From the IMG/VR virus record IMGVR_UViG_3300042384_001469: DNA of 64,000 nt, one strand, 5' to 3'. The notes under the pieces were generated by a model. It was not told the origin of the DNA. It did not search any database and saw nothing but the letters and a program-made list of their open reading frames with translations. Both the position numbers and the translations under genes were made by a program. The stretch is from an uncultured virus (IMG/VR IMGVR_UViG_3300042384_001469). Lineage: Duplodnaviria > Heunggongvirae > Uroviricota > Caudoviricetes. Of the stretch, positions 18,963 to 30,700 are shown one piece after another; the stretch's first letter is position 1; every line of letters begins with the position of its first letter.

Positions 18963-20333
18963 TTATACTTGTTGTTGTTTTCTTTTCTCCATAATCTCCT
19001 TAATTCTGTTTCTTTTTTGTTCTTCTTTTTGTTCTTCAAGTCCCAAGAATGTTACAGAACTTTCTGTATCAATATCCAACATTTCGTTGTTGAACTTACA
19101 GTTTTCAAATACTACCCCATCTTTACCGATACGAGATTTTGTAATGGCAATTGTTGCAAGATTTAACTCTTTTTGTTGTAGTGACTTCGCTACAGTAATG
19201 ATGACGTGTCCAACTTGAGCCTTTTTGATTGACCCACCCATTTGGTCTGTAGTTACAACATCTGATGATATTGAACTTCTGTTACCTTGTGTCGCTGTCC
19301 ATCCTACAATATTTAATTCATGACACATAGCCTCAAATGCTCTCATAACTGAACCCTCACTTTTCCATTCATCTTCCAAAGCTTTTTCAGGAGTTACACA
19401 ATCAATATAATCCAAAATAATCATATCAATATGAGTACCATCGGCAATCATCTTACGAATTTGATTTTTAATTTGACTCATAGTAAATGTGTCAGATTGT
19501 AATTTTTTAAGAATTAATTTGTTAGACATCTTCTCTTCAATCTCAGCAACCTTTTTTAACACCTCATCTTTATGTGTACTAAGGTCATCAGGAGCAATAC
19601 CTGTCCAACAAGTAAAATGTTTTCTTTGGATAATTTTTGGGTTATCCTCAAAAAATACCTGTAATACATTAAACCCTAAATTAAACGCATTGTTTGCAAT
19701 CTTTGTAGTTAGAGTTGATTTACCAACACCTGTAGGTGCAAGTATTACCCCAATCTCCCCTTTTGCTAACCCACCTTTAAGTAAGTTGTCAATACCCGGT
19801 ATTCCCATAGGAATTGGGTGTCTATAATCATCCGCTAATACATCTTCTAAGTTTTCAAACACATCACCAGTTCCTTTATCAACATTACCAACTTGTAATG
19901 CCTCTCGAACCATTTCTTCTAATGTGTCATAATTTTCAAACTCACCGTGGTCTATAATTTTTTTAGCCTTTTCCATCACTTTCTGTAACTCTTGTTGTTT
20001 ACAGAATTTTAAAGCCTTTTCTTGAACAAATTGTACCCCACTTTCATCAATATTTTTTATATCAGAAATTGTATCAAGAGTTATTTTTAACAATAACTCC
20101 TGAGCAATTTCACTTTTAGCTACTTGATTAAGAGTATCAAAACTTGGCGAATGCTCAAATTTTTGATAATACTCTTTCACCATTTGAACAATAAGTTTAA
20201 AGTATTTGTTTTCGAAGTAAGATGGTTCTAAAACTCCAACGATGGAATGGGCGAAATCCTTATCAACAATAAGTTGATTTAGAAGTTGTAACTGAAATTG
20301 ATTTCCTAAGTATTCAAAATTTTTGTCCGCCAT
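18963..20333 (-). CDS. dnaB: Replicative DNA helicase (DnaB / T4 gp41-like)
   Basis: Walker A APTGVGKS, ILDYID, WTATQGNR, KSRIG. Confidence 0.9.
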   Translation of the reverse strand: MADKNFEYLGNQFQLQLLNQLIVDKDFAHSIVGVLEPSYFENKYFKLIVQMVKEYYQKFEHSPSFDTLNQVAKSEIAQELLLKITLDTISDIKNIDESGVQFVQEKALKFCKQQELQKVMEKAKKIIDHGEFENYDTLEEMVREALQVGNVDKGTGDVFENLEDVLADDYRHPIPMGIPGIDNLLKGGLAKGEIGVILAPTGVGKSTLTTKIANNAFNLGFNVLQVFFEDNPKIIQRKHFTCWTGIAPDDLSTHKDEVLKKVAEIEEKMSNKLILKKLQSDTFTMSQIKNQIRKMIADGTHIDMIILDYIDCVTPEKALEDEWKSEGSVMRAFEAMCHELNIVGWTATQGNRSSISSDVVTTDQMGGSIKKAQVGHVIITVAKSLQQKELNLATIAITKSRIGKDGVVFENCKFNNEMLDIDTESSVTFLGLEEQKEEQKRNRIKEIMEKRKQQQV

Positions 20334-20357
20334 AATTCCTTTTTTTATTAAATATCT

Positions 20358-20810
20358 TTAAACTAAAGAGTAACCCATATATTCGTGTGTTAAATTTTTA
20401 CTTGACAAAACTTCTGTCAAATCATTTAAAACACCTTTTAAATAAGGTCTAACATCAACCGTATATCTAACTTTAGGTGGGTACGGTTTAGCATCAAATA
20501 CCTGATGATATAATACTTTATCTCCATTTTTAATATAAACATTGAATACTTCGGGTCCGTCAGTAAATGATGTATTCAAAACTTCAGGGTCTTCTGTAAT
20601 TTGATACTGATTGTCAAGCATGTAACTTACAGATTTCATTTTGAAATTGTGTTTTAATTCATTGACAAAATTATCAACCAAGTCAATTAAATCCGCGGAA
20701 CGATGCGAATTTGGGTTATACCCTTTTACATTAAAAAATCTCTGAACAATAAAATTGTTGTTCACTGTCATCAGAAACTCTAGTTTCGTAATGTCTTGTT
20801 GTTCTCTCAT
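20358..20810 (-). CDS. Hypothetical protein in the replication operon
   Basis: Start moved to MREQQ (20810) to remove the overlap with the exonuclease gene; A-rich leader. Confidence 0.55.
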   Translation of the reverse strand: MREQQDITKLEFLMTVNNNFIVQRFFNVKGYNPNSHRSADLIDLVDNFVNELKHNFKMKSVSYMLDNQYQITEDPEVLNTSFTDGPEVFNVYIKNGDKVLYHQVFDAKPYPPKVRYTVDVRPYLKGVLNDLTEVLSSKNLTHEYMGYSLV

Positions 20811-20821
20811 AATTGTTTTTT

Positions 20822-21817
20822 TTATTTTTTGTTTTTTTCTTTTCTTGTTAATTTCATAAACGGTTTTAAAAAATATGTCCACGAATCATCCCCTTTAGGT
20901 AGGTACTTAAACAATCCGTCTTCAACCATATAACGAATAATATTTTTGTAACTTCTTCCTTCAGTTTCTAATGTTTCATTAACAATTTGGGAAATTTCTT
21001 CTTTGTCCTCGTCTTTGAGGAGTGGGTTTGATAAGTCAACAATTTGTTCGTTGACCACATAATATTCGTTTTCAAAAATACCTGATTTTGTTTTTCCTGT
21101 TAGTAAATTTTTCAGTGTCTGATTATCTTTTTGTTCTTTCAAAAGTTCCTCAGCTCTTTCTAAAATATCGGTATAAGAAATCGGTTTTTCAAGTATCTCA
21201 GGAAAAAATTTAACCAATGTCTTTTCACCCAAAAGGTAAATTCCCTCAATATTATCACTCTTATCACCAGTCATAATTTTTAATGTTTTAACATTATAGT
21301 GGGGAAATGAAAAGTCGTCAAATTTAATAGTATCTCCATTTTTAAAAGTACTTTTTAGTGATGGTGAATATACAGATACTTTTTCAGAAATCAGTTGTGT
21401 TAAATCTCTATCTGACGAAAAAATTAATTTATCCTCATTTTCAGATACCTGACAATAATAAGCAATTAAATCATCAGCTTCTCGTCCTGAGACTTCAATC
21501 TGTCTCACATAGATTTCTTCGAGATATTGTTTGATGCGATTTTTTTGTCTTAGGTAGGACATGAAGATTGCATCCTCCATAACTAATTTTCGGTTTTGTT
21601 TGTATTTGGGGTAAAGAACTCCACGAATACTCGTAGAGTCCTCTCCGTCCCAAAATACCACTACTTTATCAAAGTTTTGTTCTTCAATAAATTTTCTTAG
21701 TGTGTTGATGAAATGATAAATTGCTCCAATATGTTCTCCGTTGTGAAAGTAATCTTTCACCCCATGAAATCCAATCTTCATCAAATTATTCCCATCAACA
21801 AGGAGTGTTTTTTTCAC
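20822..21817 (-). CDS. 5'-3' exonuclease / flap endonuclease (Pol I N-terminal, T4 RNase H-like)
   Basis: LLVDGNNL, VFWDG, YPKYKQNR, EADD, SSDRDLTQL, GDKSDNIEGI...GEKT; GTG start. Confidence 0.92.
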   Translation of the reverse strand: MKKTLLVDGNNLMKIGFHGVKDYFHNGEHIGAIYHFINTLRKFIEEQNFDKVVVFWDGEDSTSIRGVLYPKYKQNRKLVMEDAIFMSYLRQKNRIKQYLEEIYVRQIEVSGREADDLIAYYCQVSENEDKLIFSSDRDLTQLISEKVSVYSPSLKSTFKNGDTIKFDDFSFPHYNVKTLKIMTGDKSDNIEGIYLLGEKTLVKFFPEILEKPISYTDILERAEELLKEQKDNQTLKNLLTGKTKSGIFENEYYVVNEQIVDLSNPLLKDEDKEEISQIVNETLETEGRSYKNIIRYMVEDGLFKYLPKGDDSWTYFLKPFMKLTRKEKNKK

Positions 21818-21827
21818 AAAAAGTTAA

Positions 21828-22826
21828 TTAAAATGGTTCGTTTTCGTTTTCAAAAGTTTCTTCACTTTCATCAAGAGTAATTTCCCCTGTACCTGAAAGA
21901 ATTGCGTTCCAATATTGTGAGTATTGTTTTTTGTACTCCTCAAGAGCCTCTTTAGTATCTACAATATATCCTTGTGGTGTTGCAATAATCTTACCATCTT
22001 TATATCCTAATCCGTTAATATGGTTCTTTAGAACAGAGATTTTTGTTCGGATAGCGTAAGACACCGTTCTTCCATTTTTAGTTGCAGTAATGTGATTAAT
22101 ACCTGCATTTTTTTGATTGCCAAATAAAAAAACAAGTGCAGATGCTAACCAAAGTGCTTCACCACCTTTGGCCTTAATTGTTGGTTGTCCAAATGGATTA
22201 TCAGGTAATTCAACCCAAGGTTGATTTACTACTACCATTGTGTTTGTATATGGATAATCTTCCTTACGAGATTTAGTAATACGAGCTTGGATACCCATAC
22301 CAATCTTGTCTGCCAAAACAGATGCGTTGTGTTGTTTACCACCTTTACCATCAAATGTCATCTTACAAGGAACTGAACCAACAGAATCCCAAAGAAAACA
22401 AAGAGAATAAGGAATGTTACCTTTTTCTTGTTCGTCCAATAATTCGTTAATATAGTCTGTAACTTGTTCGATGTAATCAAAGTTATCATTGAAGATAAAT
22501 TGTCCGTCCCATTCTCCTTCGATAAGTTCAGCTTTAAGACCTAATTCTACCGCGTGGTCCCACGACCATTTCTTTTCAGTAATAATGAAAACGGGTAGAT
22601 GCCCCTTCTTCTGAGCCGAAACAGCGGCTTTAACAAGTGCTGTCGTTTTGGAAGAATTTGAGTGCCCCAAGAACATATTGATGTTACCCAAAGCAGGACC
22701 AGGTAAACCGCAACTACTATGAAAAGCTTCGTCGACTTCATAGAACTCTGTATCTTTGTATTTAGTTTTCGTAGAATACTTATTTTTGATTGCATCTAAT
22801 GAAAATTCTTTTTTCTTTATAGCCAT
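21828..22826 (-). CDS. uvsX: RecA/UvsX-like recombinase
   Basis: P-loop GHSNSSKTT, FIITE, Walker B FLWDSVG, VVNQ, KGGEAL, KNH; located next to ssb. Confidence 0.82.
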   Translation of the reverse strand: MAIKKKEFSLDAIKNKYSTKTKYKDTEFYEVDEAFHSSCGLPGPALGNINMFLGHSNSSKTTALVKAAVSAQKKGHLPVFIITEKKWSWDHAVELGLKAELIEGEWDGQFIFNDNFDYIEQVTDYINELLDEQEKGNIPYSLCFLWDSVGSVPCKMTFDGKGGKQHNASVLADKIGMGIQARITKSRKEDYPYTNTMVVVNQPWVELPDNPFGQPTIKAKGGEALWLASALVFLFGNQKNAGINHITATKNGRTVSYAIRTKISVLKNHINGLGYKDGKIIATPQGYIVDTKEALEEYKKQYSQYWNAILSGTGEITLDESEETFENENEPF

Positions 22827-22861
22827 AAATGTCTATGTGTTTAAATTGTTAGTATAAAAAT

Positions 22862-22900
22862 AAAAAAGGATGGACACTTTGACTATGCTAGTGTCCATCC
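22862..22900 (-). terminator. Intrinsic terminator after ssb
   Basis: 11-bp perfect stem GGATGGACACT/AGTGTCCATCC followed by T6 on the minus strand. Confidence 0.8.
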
Positions 22901-22907
22901 GTATAAA

Positions 22908-23753
22908 TTAGAATGGTAAATCACCATCAGGTTCGTCACCTGCTTGTGGGTCAACAATTGACATGTTTCCACCACCAACACTCATTTCAGATGCCGCGTC
23001 TCCATAAACATATTTACCTAAATCAGATGACCATCTTGGAGTTTCTCCACGAGCAATCGCTTCCAAATATTCAACAGGTTTTTTAGAGTAAACATCGGCC
23101 CAAGTAAGTGGGTCTTCAGTCCAAGTTTTAGCAGTTTCCGCGTCTGTGTGAACAGGAGATGGGTCATCGTGCATTACAGTTTGGATAACTGTATAGGTCG
23201 CTCCTTTTGGAGTCTTAGCCTTTGCCAACTCGATAATCAAATCACGACCATTAACAGGGTCAGTAATATCACCTTTAGCTTTCCAAATTGGGATGATTTT
23301 GTCAAGAATACCTTCGTTCTTGTAATTGTGTTTAAATCTCCAAAACTTAACTCCATCCGCTTCGTTATCACGGTCAATAACCTTAACGATGTAGAATTTA
23401 CGTGGTTTGTAAGATTTAGCAAGTTCCTTATCGGACTCTTTACCTGTTGACATTAATTCGTCGTGAATTTCAGTCAAAGGTGAACGCTCGTTGTCGTTTT
23501 TACCTGGGTCATAGATTTTATTCCATTTACCCTCAACTTGTACTTCGTGGTACCACACCTCTTTAAAAGGTGATGAACCGTCAGGAGTTGGTAAAATACG
23601 AAGACGTTTTTGTCCCGATGTTTCATTTTGCGTTAGAATTGCTGCAAAATACTTTTTCATTCTGTCTTCTTGAGACATTTTGTTAGCTCCGTTTGAGCCA
23701 CCTTTCGCTTTTTCATACTGAGCGAGTACAGCATCTAGTGAATTTGTCGCCAT
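22908..23753 (-). CDS. ssb: Single-stranded DNA-binding protein (T4 gp32-like)
   Basis: RLRILP..DGSSPF.EVWYH, VIDRD, DITDPVNGRDLII and acidic C-terminal tail ending DLPF. Confidence 0.82.
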   Translation of the reverse strand: MATNSLDAVLAQYEKAKGGSNGANKMSQEDRMKKYFAAILTQNETSGQKRLRILPTPDGSSPFKEVWYHEVQVEGKWNKIYDPGKNDNERSPLTEIHDELMSTGKESDKELAKSYKPRKFYIVKVIDRDNEADGVKFWRFKHNYKNEGILDKIIPIWKAKGDITDPVNGRDLIIELAKAKTPKGATYTVIQTVMHDDPSPVHTDAETAKTWTEDPLTWADVYSKKPVEYLEAIARGETPRWSSDLGKYVYGDAASEMSVGGGNMSIVDPQAGDEPDGDLPF

Positions 23754-23782
23754 GATATATATAAATTATTAGTTAATAAACA

Positions 23783-23811
23783 AGTATAAGTGTGTCAGCC
23801 GTAATAGTCAA
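23783..23811 (-). promoter_or_regulatory. Sigma70-like early/middle promoter for the ssb-uvsX replication operon
   Basis: Minus strand TTGACT-N17-TATACT. Confidence 0.7.
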
Positions 23812-23818
23812 ACAAAAA

Positions 23819-24490
23819 TTATCTATAAGTGAAAGTATTAGTATCACTATCCTCACTATCCAAATTATTAAAACTGTTTTTTATTTCAGCTTGTGAATAG
23901 TTTTCAACATCATCAGGTGTAATCACATATTCGTTTTTACCTGATTGTTCAATATCCTGTAGTTTATCATCAAAAAATTGTGTCAATTTTTGATTAAAAG
24001 GTCCTGAATCTAAACTTCTTAATTCTAATTTTTCTTGCGGAGTTTTTTCACGATATTTTTCAATCTTAGTTTCAATAGTATTTATCTTATCCATAATTTT
24101 ATCCATTTCAGATAATTTACTTTCAAGATTTTGTATTTGTGAAAAAAGATTTTGAAAGAATTCATTTTGTTTTTCCTCCATATTTTTTTGTGACGTTACA
24201 AGTTCTGTAACATCCAATTCTTCAGTTTCTGAATCTTCTGATTTTTCATCACCGATTTTTTCAACGTCAGGGTCATTTTCCACATCAACAGGTGCTGATG
24301 GTTCAGCGGCGGGTGCCGCAGGGGGTGCCCCTGCTTCAGGTGCCGCAGGTAGTGCTCCTGCTTCAGGCGATGGAGGAGGTGTTCCAAGGGCTAAATCATC
24401 AGGTGGTGGTGGAGCGTCTTGTTCAAAAATATAATTGTTGATTTTATTATGTTTTTTTAATTCCTCTAATAATTTTTTAGATAAATCCAT
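23819..24490 (-). CDS. Acidic, Pro/Ala-rich coiled-coil protein; putative head scaffold or internal protein
   Basis: Probable start MDLSKKLLEE at 24490 (the ORF track starts at 24502); PPPPDD/PAAPEA low-complexity linker followed by a coiled coil. Confidence 0.45.
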   Translation of the reverse strand: MDLSKKLLEELKKHNKINNYIFEQDAPPPPDDLALGTPPPSPEAGALPAAPEAGAPPAAPAAEPSAPVDVENDPDVEKIGDEKSEDSETEELDVTELVTSQKNMEEKQNEFFQNLFSQIQNLESKLSEMDKIMDKINTIETKIEKYREKTPQEKLELRSLDSGPFNQKLTQFFDDKLQDIEQSGKNEYVITPDDVENYSQAEIKNSFNNLDSEDSDTNTFTYR

Positions 24491-24494
24491 TTCC

Positions 24495-24719
24495 TTACCC
24501 ATTTAAAAGTTGTTTATATCCCTGTGTTGTTTCAACATTGATTTTTTTATTAATTGTCATTGTATTGTTAACTCTTTCAATTAAACCGTCTTTCATTCTA
24601 ATTGTGTAACAATCTCCAGTATCTAAGTCACAAACTTCTTTATAACCATTACCCTTATCGGTTTCAGTTATTCTTGTGTTCTTACCAAGGTATCTATCTA
24701 AAGCTTCTTTAGTATTCAT
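24495..24719 (-). CDS. Small hypothetical late protein (74 aa)
   Basis: Preceded by TATTTAT at 24733-24739; coupled to the downstream gene. Confidence 0.55.
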   Translation of the reverse strand: MNTKEALDRYLGKNTRITETDKGNGYKEVCDLDTGDCYTIRMKDGLIERVNNTMTINKKINVETTQGYKQLLNG

Positions 24720-24749
24720 AATTATTTTTTATATAAATATACTAATAAA

Positions 24750-27700
24750 TTAAAATGTCATAGTAATAGGATATGATTTATAATAATCTGACCTTGTAGT
24801 ATCTATTTGACCATTAGATAAAACAGGTTTTGTAAAAATTGTAATTTGGAATTCATAAACTCCACTAGAACCTGAACCAGTACAGTCTACTTCTTCTAAC
24901 AAATCTTCAGCAGTTATTGTAACTGTTTGTCCATTTGAAGAAATATAATTATTTGAGAACTGTTGTCCAGTCGCCGACCCTTCAGCACAACTTGCAGTAA
25001 TATTGTACCCATATTCAACTAAGAATATATTTCTTAACCCATCAACACTAGGATTAACACTAACTGTAAATTCTTCAAACATTGGTGGGTTAGATATTGT
25101 ATATTGATAATCGGAAGTTAAAGGCGGTGTTTGTGTGTTATTAGTTAGTGTTGTACCAGTACTTGTTTGAGTATCCCCTGTTGGGGCTGGGTTCAAATTA
25201 ACAGGGTTTAAAATAACATAAGCCTTTTTAACTTTTTCCAAAATGGCAGCGTACTCGCTAGCATTTTTACTTATATATTCATCATAATAAGCATCTTCCT
25301 GTTTTGATTGTAATGACCAATATTTAATATAAAATTTAGTTAGTTCTTCAACTATAGTAATATCTGTAGCAAAATTTAAATCAGGGTAGAAATTTTTTAA
25401 ATAAAGATTCATGAATTCCAAATTATAAGTAATATTTGGGAATTTAACAATTGGTATTAATTCAGTACCAAAGTTTAAACATGTGTATTCTTTATTAAAT
25501 TTACTTGGTAGGTCACCAGCCCATTTTCGTTTTAAATTAACATTAGTTAAATTATTATTGAATAATTTTATATTTCCATTTGAGTCATTAGATATATAAA
25601 TTAAGGTAAATAATGCCGCTCTTTTTTGTAAATCGTCTCCAACAATAAATTGAACCTCCTCAATTACTCGTGAATATGATAATGTCTTTGATTCACCAGT
25701 AATTTTAATGAAATCATTATACGCCACGTTTGGTTGACAATTTTCATTATTTTTATTTACAGGAGTCTCATTTATTGAATTTGTCGTTTCAGTATTTTGT
25801 TGAGTAACTGTAGTTGCAGATTTACTCAATTGTTCTTTTTGTCGTTTAATTTCAGAATAGAAATTTTTACCTAATTCCATTTTGATAGACGCTAAAAAGT
25901 TTTCACTTTGTTTTAATGTAAATATTTTTTGTCTCACCCCTTGGAAAGTGGTTTCAAATGAGCCAGGGGAAATAGAATGGTTAACTTCTAATATTAGGTA
26001 CGGTCCGTTAAACATCGGTACATTTCTTAATGTAAAATACATTGTTGGTTGTATGGTTGCGTTACCCATAGATTGAACTGTACAAGAATAACTTCTATTT
26101 TTATACAGATTAAAAAGACTAACATTCTGAGTTTGTGACTTTTTACCAGATGTTAACTGAGCCAAATTATATTCCATTAATAATGATTCAGATGTTGATT
26201 TACCAACATCTTGAGCCAAATTTAAATTATGAAACATCTGTTGTCTTTGTAGTCCAAAATCAACAGCAAAACCTACCACTTTATTTGACTTTTCATCTGT
26301 TGATGTGTTTAATCTCACATTAGGGTTGTTTTGAGCCCTACCTAATTCAAAACCATCATCACAATATCCATTATGTTTACTTTCAACTAAAGTATTAGTT
26401 GATGGGTCAGTTGATAATATATTTACAAACTTAGTCGATGTCTCAGAATAATCTACTTCAGAATAAGTACCAAACATTAATTGAGCCATTTCTTGGGGGC
26501 CTTCATTATTTCTTCTATTATAGAAATTGATGTATGAAGGCATTGTAAATGTAACAAAATGGTGGTCTTTAAGAATTTCAGCAATAACTGTATATACAGA
26601 AGTTGCAGGGTCAACATTTGAAATTTTAGTTTTAACTTTAAAAATATCAACTAAAACATCGTCCCCAATATCCCTACTGGCTTTATCTAAAAATAAAAAT
26701 GATTCTAAAAATGTATCTTCTGAAAAATTATTTCCTGAAACCCATTTATCGTTCAATACTTTAAACATGTCATAGTATTCAACTTTTAAATCTTCCCCAA
26801 TTACGTTAGTTGAATTAGTTTTGATACTTTCTATTTGTATTTTAGGTAATTCTTTTTGTAATATTAATAATGTATTATTTAAAACATTATTAGTTAAATC
26901 TACTTTTTCAAAGTAATCAGCTAATAGTTCAATTAAAAATTCTTCTCTATTATCATTTGGATTTTTATATTTGTAAGAAGAATATAATTTTATTATTGGA
27001 GATAACAAAATTATATTATTAGACGTAAACGGTATATCAAAAACAGGAAAGAAGTCTGTTATTGTACTTCCAGATTCTGCGTAATTAATTCCTTCAAAAG
27101 TTGAGAATCCAACATATTCTTGGAGTGTTTTCCACTCGTTTGGATATGCAATTTTAGAAGACGATGTTGTTACGTTATTATTAGGTATTGGTACCGCGTT
27201 AGGTGTTGATACCTGATATGAACCAAAATTTATTGGGTCAACTGTAAATTGTTCTGTATTTATAACCGCACTTAAAAATGAAAGAAAAGTTTTTCTATTA
27301 TAGTCGTAAGGATTTGCCCTTTTTAATACCACATCTTTATTTAAAAATTGTGAAATAGTTTGGTTTTTATTAGAAAATTGAGCTTGTTGGACATTTTTAA
27401 TAATGTTTAAATCATCTAATCCACTAACCGAATTTACCTTATTAATTATTTTATACAACATTTGGAAATTGTTGTATTCCGATATCATATTTTTGTTTGC
27501 AGTTTCCTCATTATAATTTTTTTCAGATTTAGAAAAATTTAAAAATTCTTTTTCAAATATGTCCAATTCTTCTTTTGTAAAAACCCCAAATATATCTTCA
27601 ATTTTTGAATACCCATTTTGATGTAAGAAAGTAAATTCTTGTTGATTATCCGTTTCTGAATTTATCTTACATAGATACTCATTATAACTTGGTTTAACCA

Positions 27701-30700
27701 TATTAGTAGGGTCAAAATATCCAAAATGTGGATTTGACCAATCTAATCTAATAGACCCATTATAAGTTCCTGGCACATCATAATTTTTTTGTAAATCGTT
27801 TGTTTGTGAATTAAAAAATTCATAAAATAATTGATTTACTGGTGAACCAAAAGATGGAGTTACGTAGAATGTTCCATCACTTTTTAAAGTGTTTTTTAAT
27901 AGACAAGAATAGTTAGAAATTGTTAAATACAATGCCGGGTCATATGTACTCTCACTACTACTTATTTTTGTAGATATTGGTGATAATATCTTTAATGTAC
28001 CATCATTTCTATAATAAGAAAAAGATTGACTTACTGTTGAGTATTGGGTAACTAAATCAAAACCATTATAAAAGTAATTAAAGTCATTAATTACTTTAGG
28101 ATAAAACCCAACAGAGACATCTTCATATGTAATATTAGGTATTGAAGTTGTATCAACTTTTTTTAAAGTTATATCAAAATTTGTAGTTGTTGATGTGATT
28201 TGATAATTTCTTGAAATATCCGAATTAATTGGGTCGTAATTTGTTTGATAATTAAATGGTACCCAACATTTATCTAAAATATCAATATTGTTATTTATAT
28301 AGTTTTTATATCTATACCATATAGAACCATATTTTAAAATCCATGCATATGGTAATTTGTGAAGAGCCCCAAATTTTCTAAATGTTGATGCAATGTAATC
28401 TAATTCTGTAAAATTTTTATTTGGAGTACTATTACCATTATTTGGTTGATAGTCTTTAAATCTTTGACTCAAAGTTGCTAATGGTAAACTATTTAACAAC
28501 AAATAAGCCGCCTCAGTATACGGATACGGAGCTCCTGATTTTTCATTATTAACACCATTTTGTATAGCATTCACAAAAAACGGAGTGTTGAAAATTGAAG
28601 TACACTGAGCTTGTGTCATTAAATTATTATAACTACTATAGTAAACACTACCAACAGTCGTTAAAAGTTGGGTATTGTCAGTTAGAAGATTAGTATAAAA
28701 TTCATTTGAAAAATTGTTTGTATTAATTTGTTGTGAAGCTCTTACATTAAAATTAGTAACTGGTCGATTTACATCAACATTTGTAAATGAATCAAAATTT
28801 GTTGTAGTTTTATAGTATGGGTTAAACATTATTGATTTGGTCGTGTTGTTAAACAACTCATAATTTGTAATTGTTTTACCGTTTGTAACATTTGAAGTTA
28901 ACCAATTATCACTTATATAAGGTAATGTATCAAAAAAATAGTAAGTATTACTTGTCGTACCTGTATAAATTCCAAAAAGTTGTTCAACATTTTTAAAGTC
29001 TAGGTTAGGTTTTGGAAATTCTGTTAAAAAATCTTTATAAATTATTGTCGGGGTTTGTATTATTTTGTCAATTTCTTGTGTGACAAAATAATCTCTAATA
29101 TATTTGTTATAAGATTCACCATTACCATTATTTGATATTGTTTTTAAAAATTCATTAAAAGACGCAACGTCTATTTTATAATTTGAAAAAAGATTTAACA
29201 AGTCAGGACTACCAGTACCTATACTTTCTTTAATACTTTTACTTATAGCATCTGAAATAAAATTTATAATTTGTGTTTTTTTCGCAGTATCTCTTTGTAA
29301 CCCTTGATAATTTGTATTCAAAATAATCCTCTCAATTATTTCGTATAAAAATTTTGTAATTTCTTTATTTGAAAAAATGATGTTTTTAATCGGTGCGTCA
29401 AAAGTAGACAAAGATAATCTATAAACATCTTTGTTTTCATTTCGGTTTGTAGTATATGGATTTGGTACCGACTCTCTTTGAGCAAAAGCGTTTGAAAACT
29501 CTTCGACAAACTCTACTTCAGGCCAAACACTATAATCATAAGATTTAACTACGTTTTGATATTTTCTATCACCAGGATAGGCAATTTCATAACTTGTATC
29601 TCCTGATGTGTTATTTTTTTTAACAGTAAAGAGTGGCCAAGGATATACTACTGCCTCTTCAATTGTTTGAGATGTTTCTAAACAATTATAATCATTCTCG
29701 GTAAACTCAGATTTTCTAGCCTTGTCATATCGTTTGTCATAAGCCTTTGTGTGTACATCATCAAGCAATGAATAAAACGCTTCAACTGACACAACAAATA
29801 TTGAGATTATATTTCTTATTGTTGGTTTAAACCCAATACCTGTTTGCGGGTTTTCTAAAATTTTTACAAGTTGTTCTGAAAATTTTTTTTCATTTTCTTC
29901 TCTAATCTCAATTGCTCGTTTTTTTAGATTACTTGTTTTCGTAATAAACGTTTCGTCATTCGGCACTCCTTCAAAAATAAAAAATTGATTAGTTTGAAAA
30001 TTTGTGCCATCACTGTTTATTGTTACCGCACCTTTAACTAATTGATTTAAGGATTGTGTAAAACCTGATAATTCATCGGGAGTTGGTGCTTTATTGTTTC
30101 TTGCCTTATAAGTTGCAACCGGGTCAACCTCGTCAGGTGATAATGAAACTAAAAAATTTGATATATCGACATCAGAGGTTAATCCAATATTACATTTTGC
30201 CAATGAGTCATTATATTGAACTATGATTTTTTTTAATTCCGCAATAGAATCAATTTTAGTTTGTTGGTTAAGTTCTTTATCTTCTTTAAACGTATAATAT
30301 TTTTTTCCATCTGTTTTAGATATATAAAAATTTATAGTATTAATGTACTTATCGAACCAAGATTCACCCCTATAAAAATAAACATCCCCTTGGAATTTTT
30401 CTAAATTTGTTAAAAACAAGTCACAATTTGTAAGTGGTTGTAAATCTACTTTACCTGAGTTATTTAATATGTCTTGTACAAATTTATCTAATTTATACAT
30501 TAACTCCTGTATAGTAATATTTGGTAAATCTGTAATTAATGGTGGGTCACTATTCCTATATTTGTCATACAATTCCACCAACCTTTGGTATCCTCGTTGG
30601 GAAGTTTGGGTTTCAACAACTCGACTATCACTTGAATTTGAGGTGTTTGTTTGACTTGTTGTAGTAAATTTTGTAGTGTACATGTGGGGTAATGCCATTA

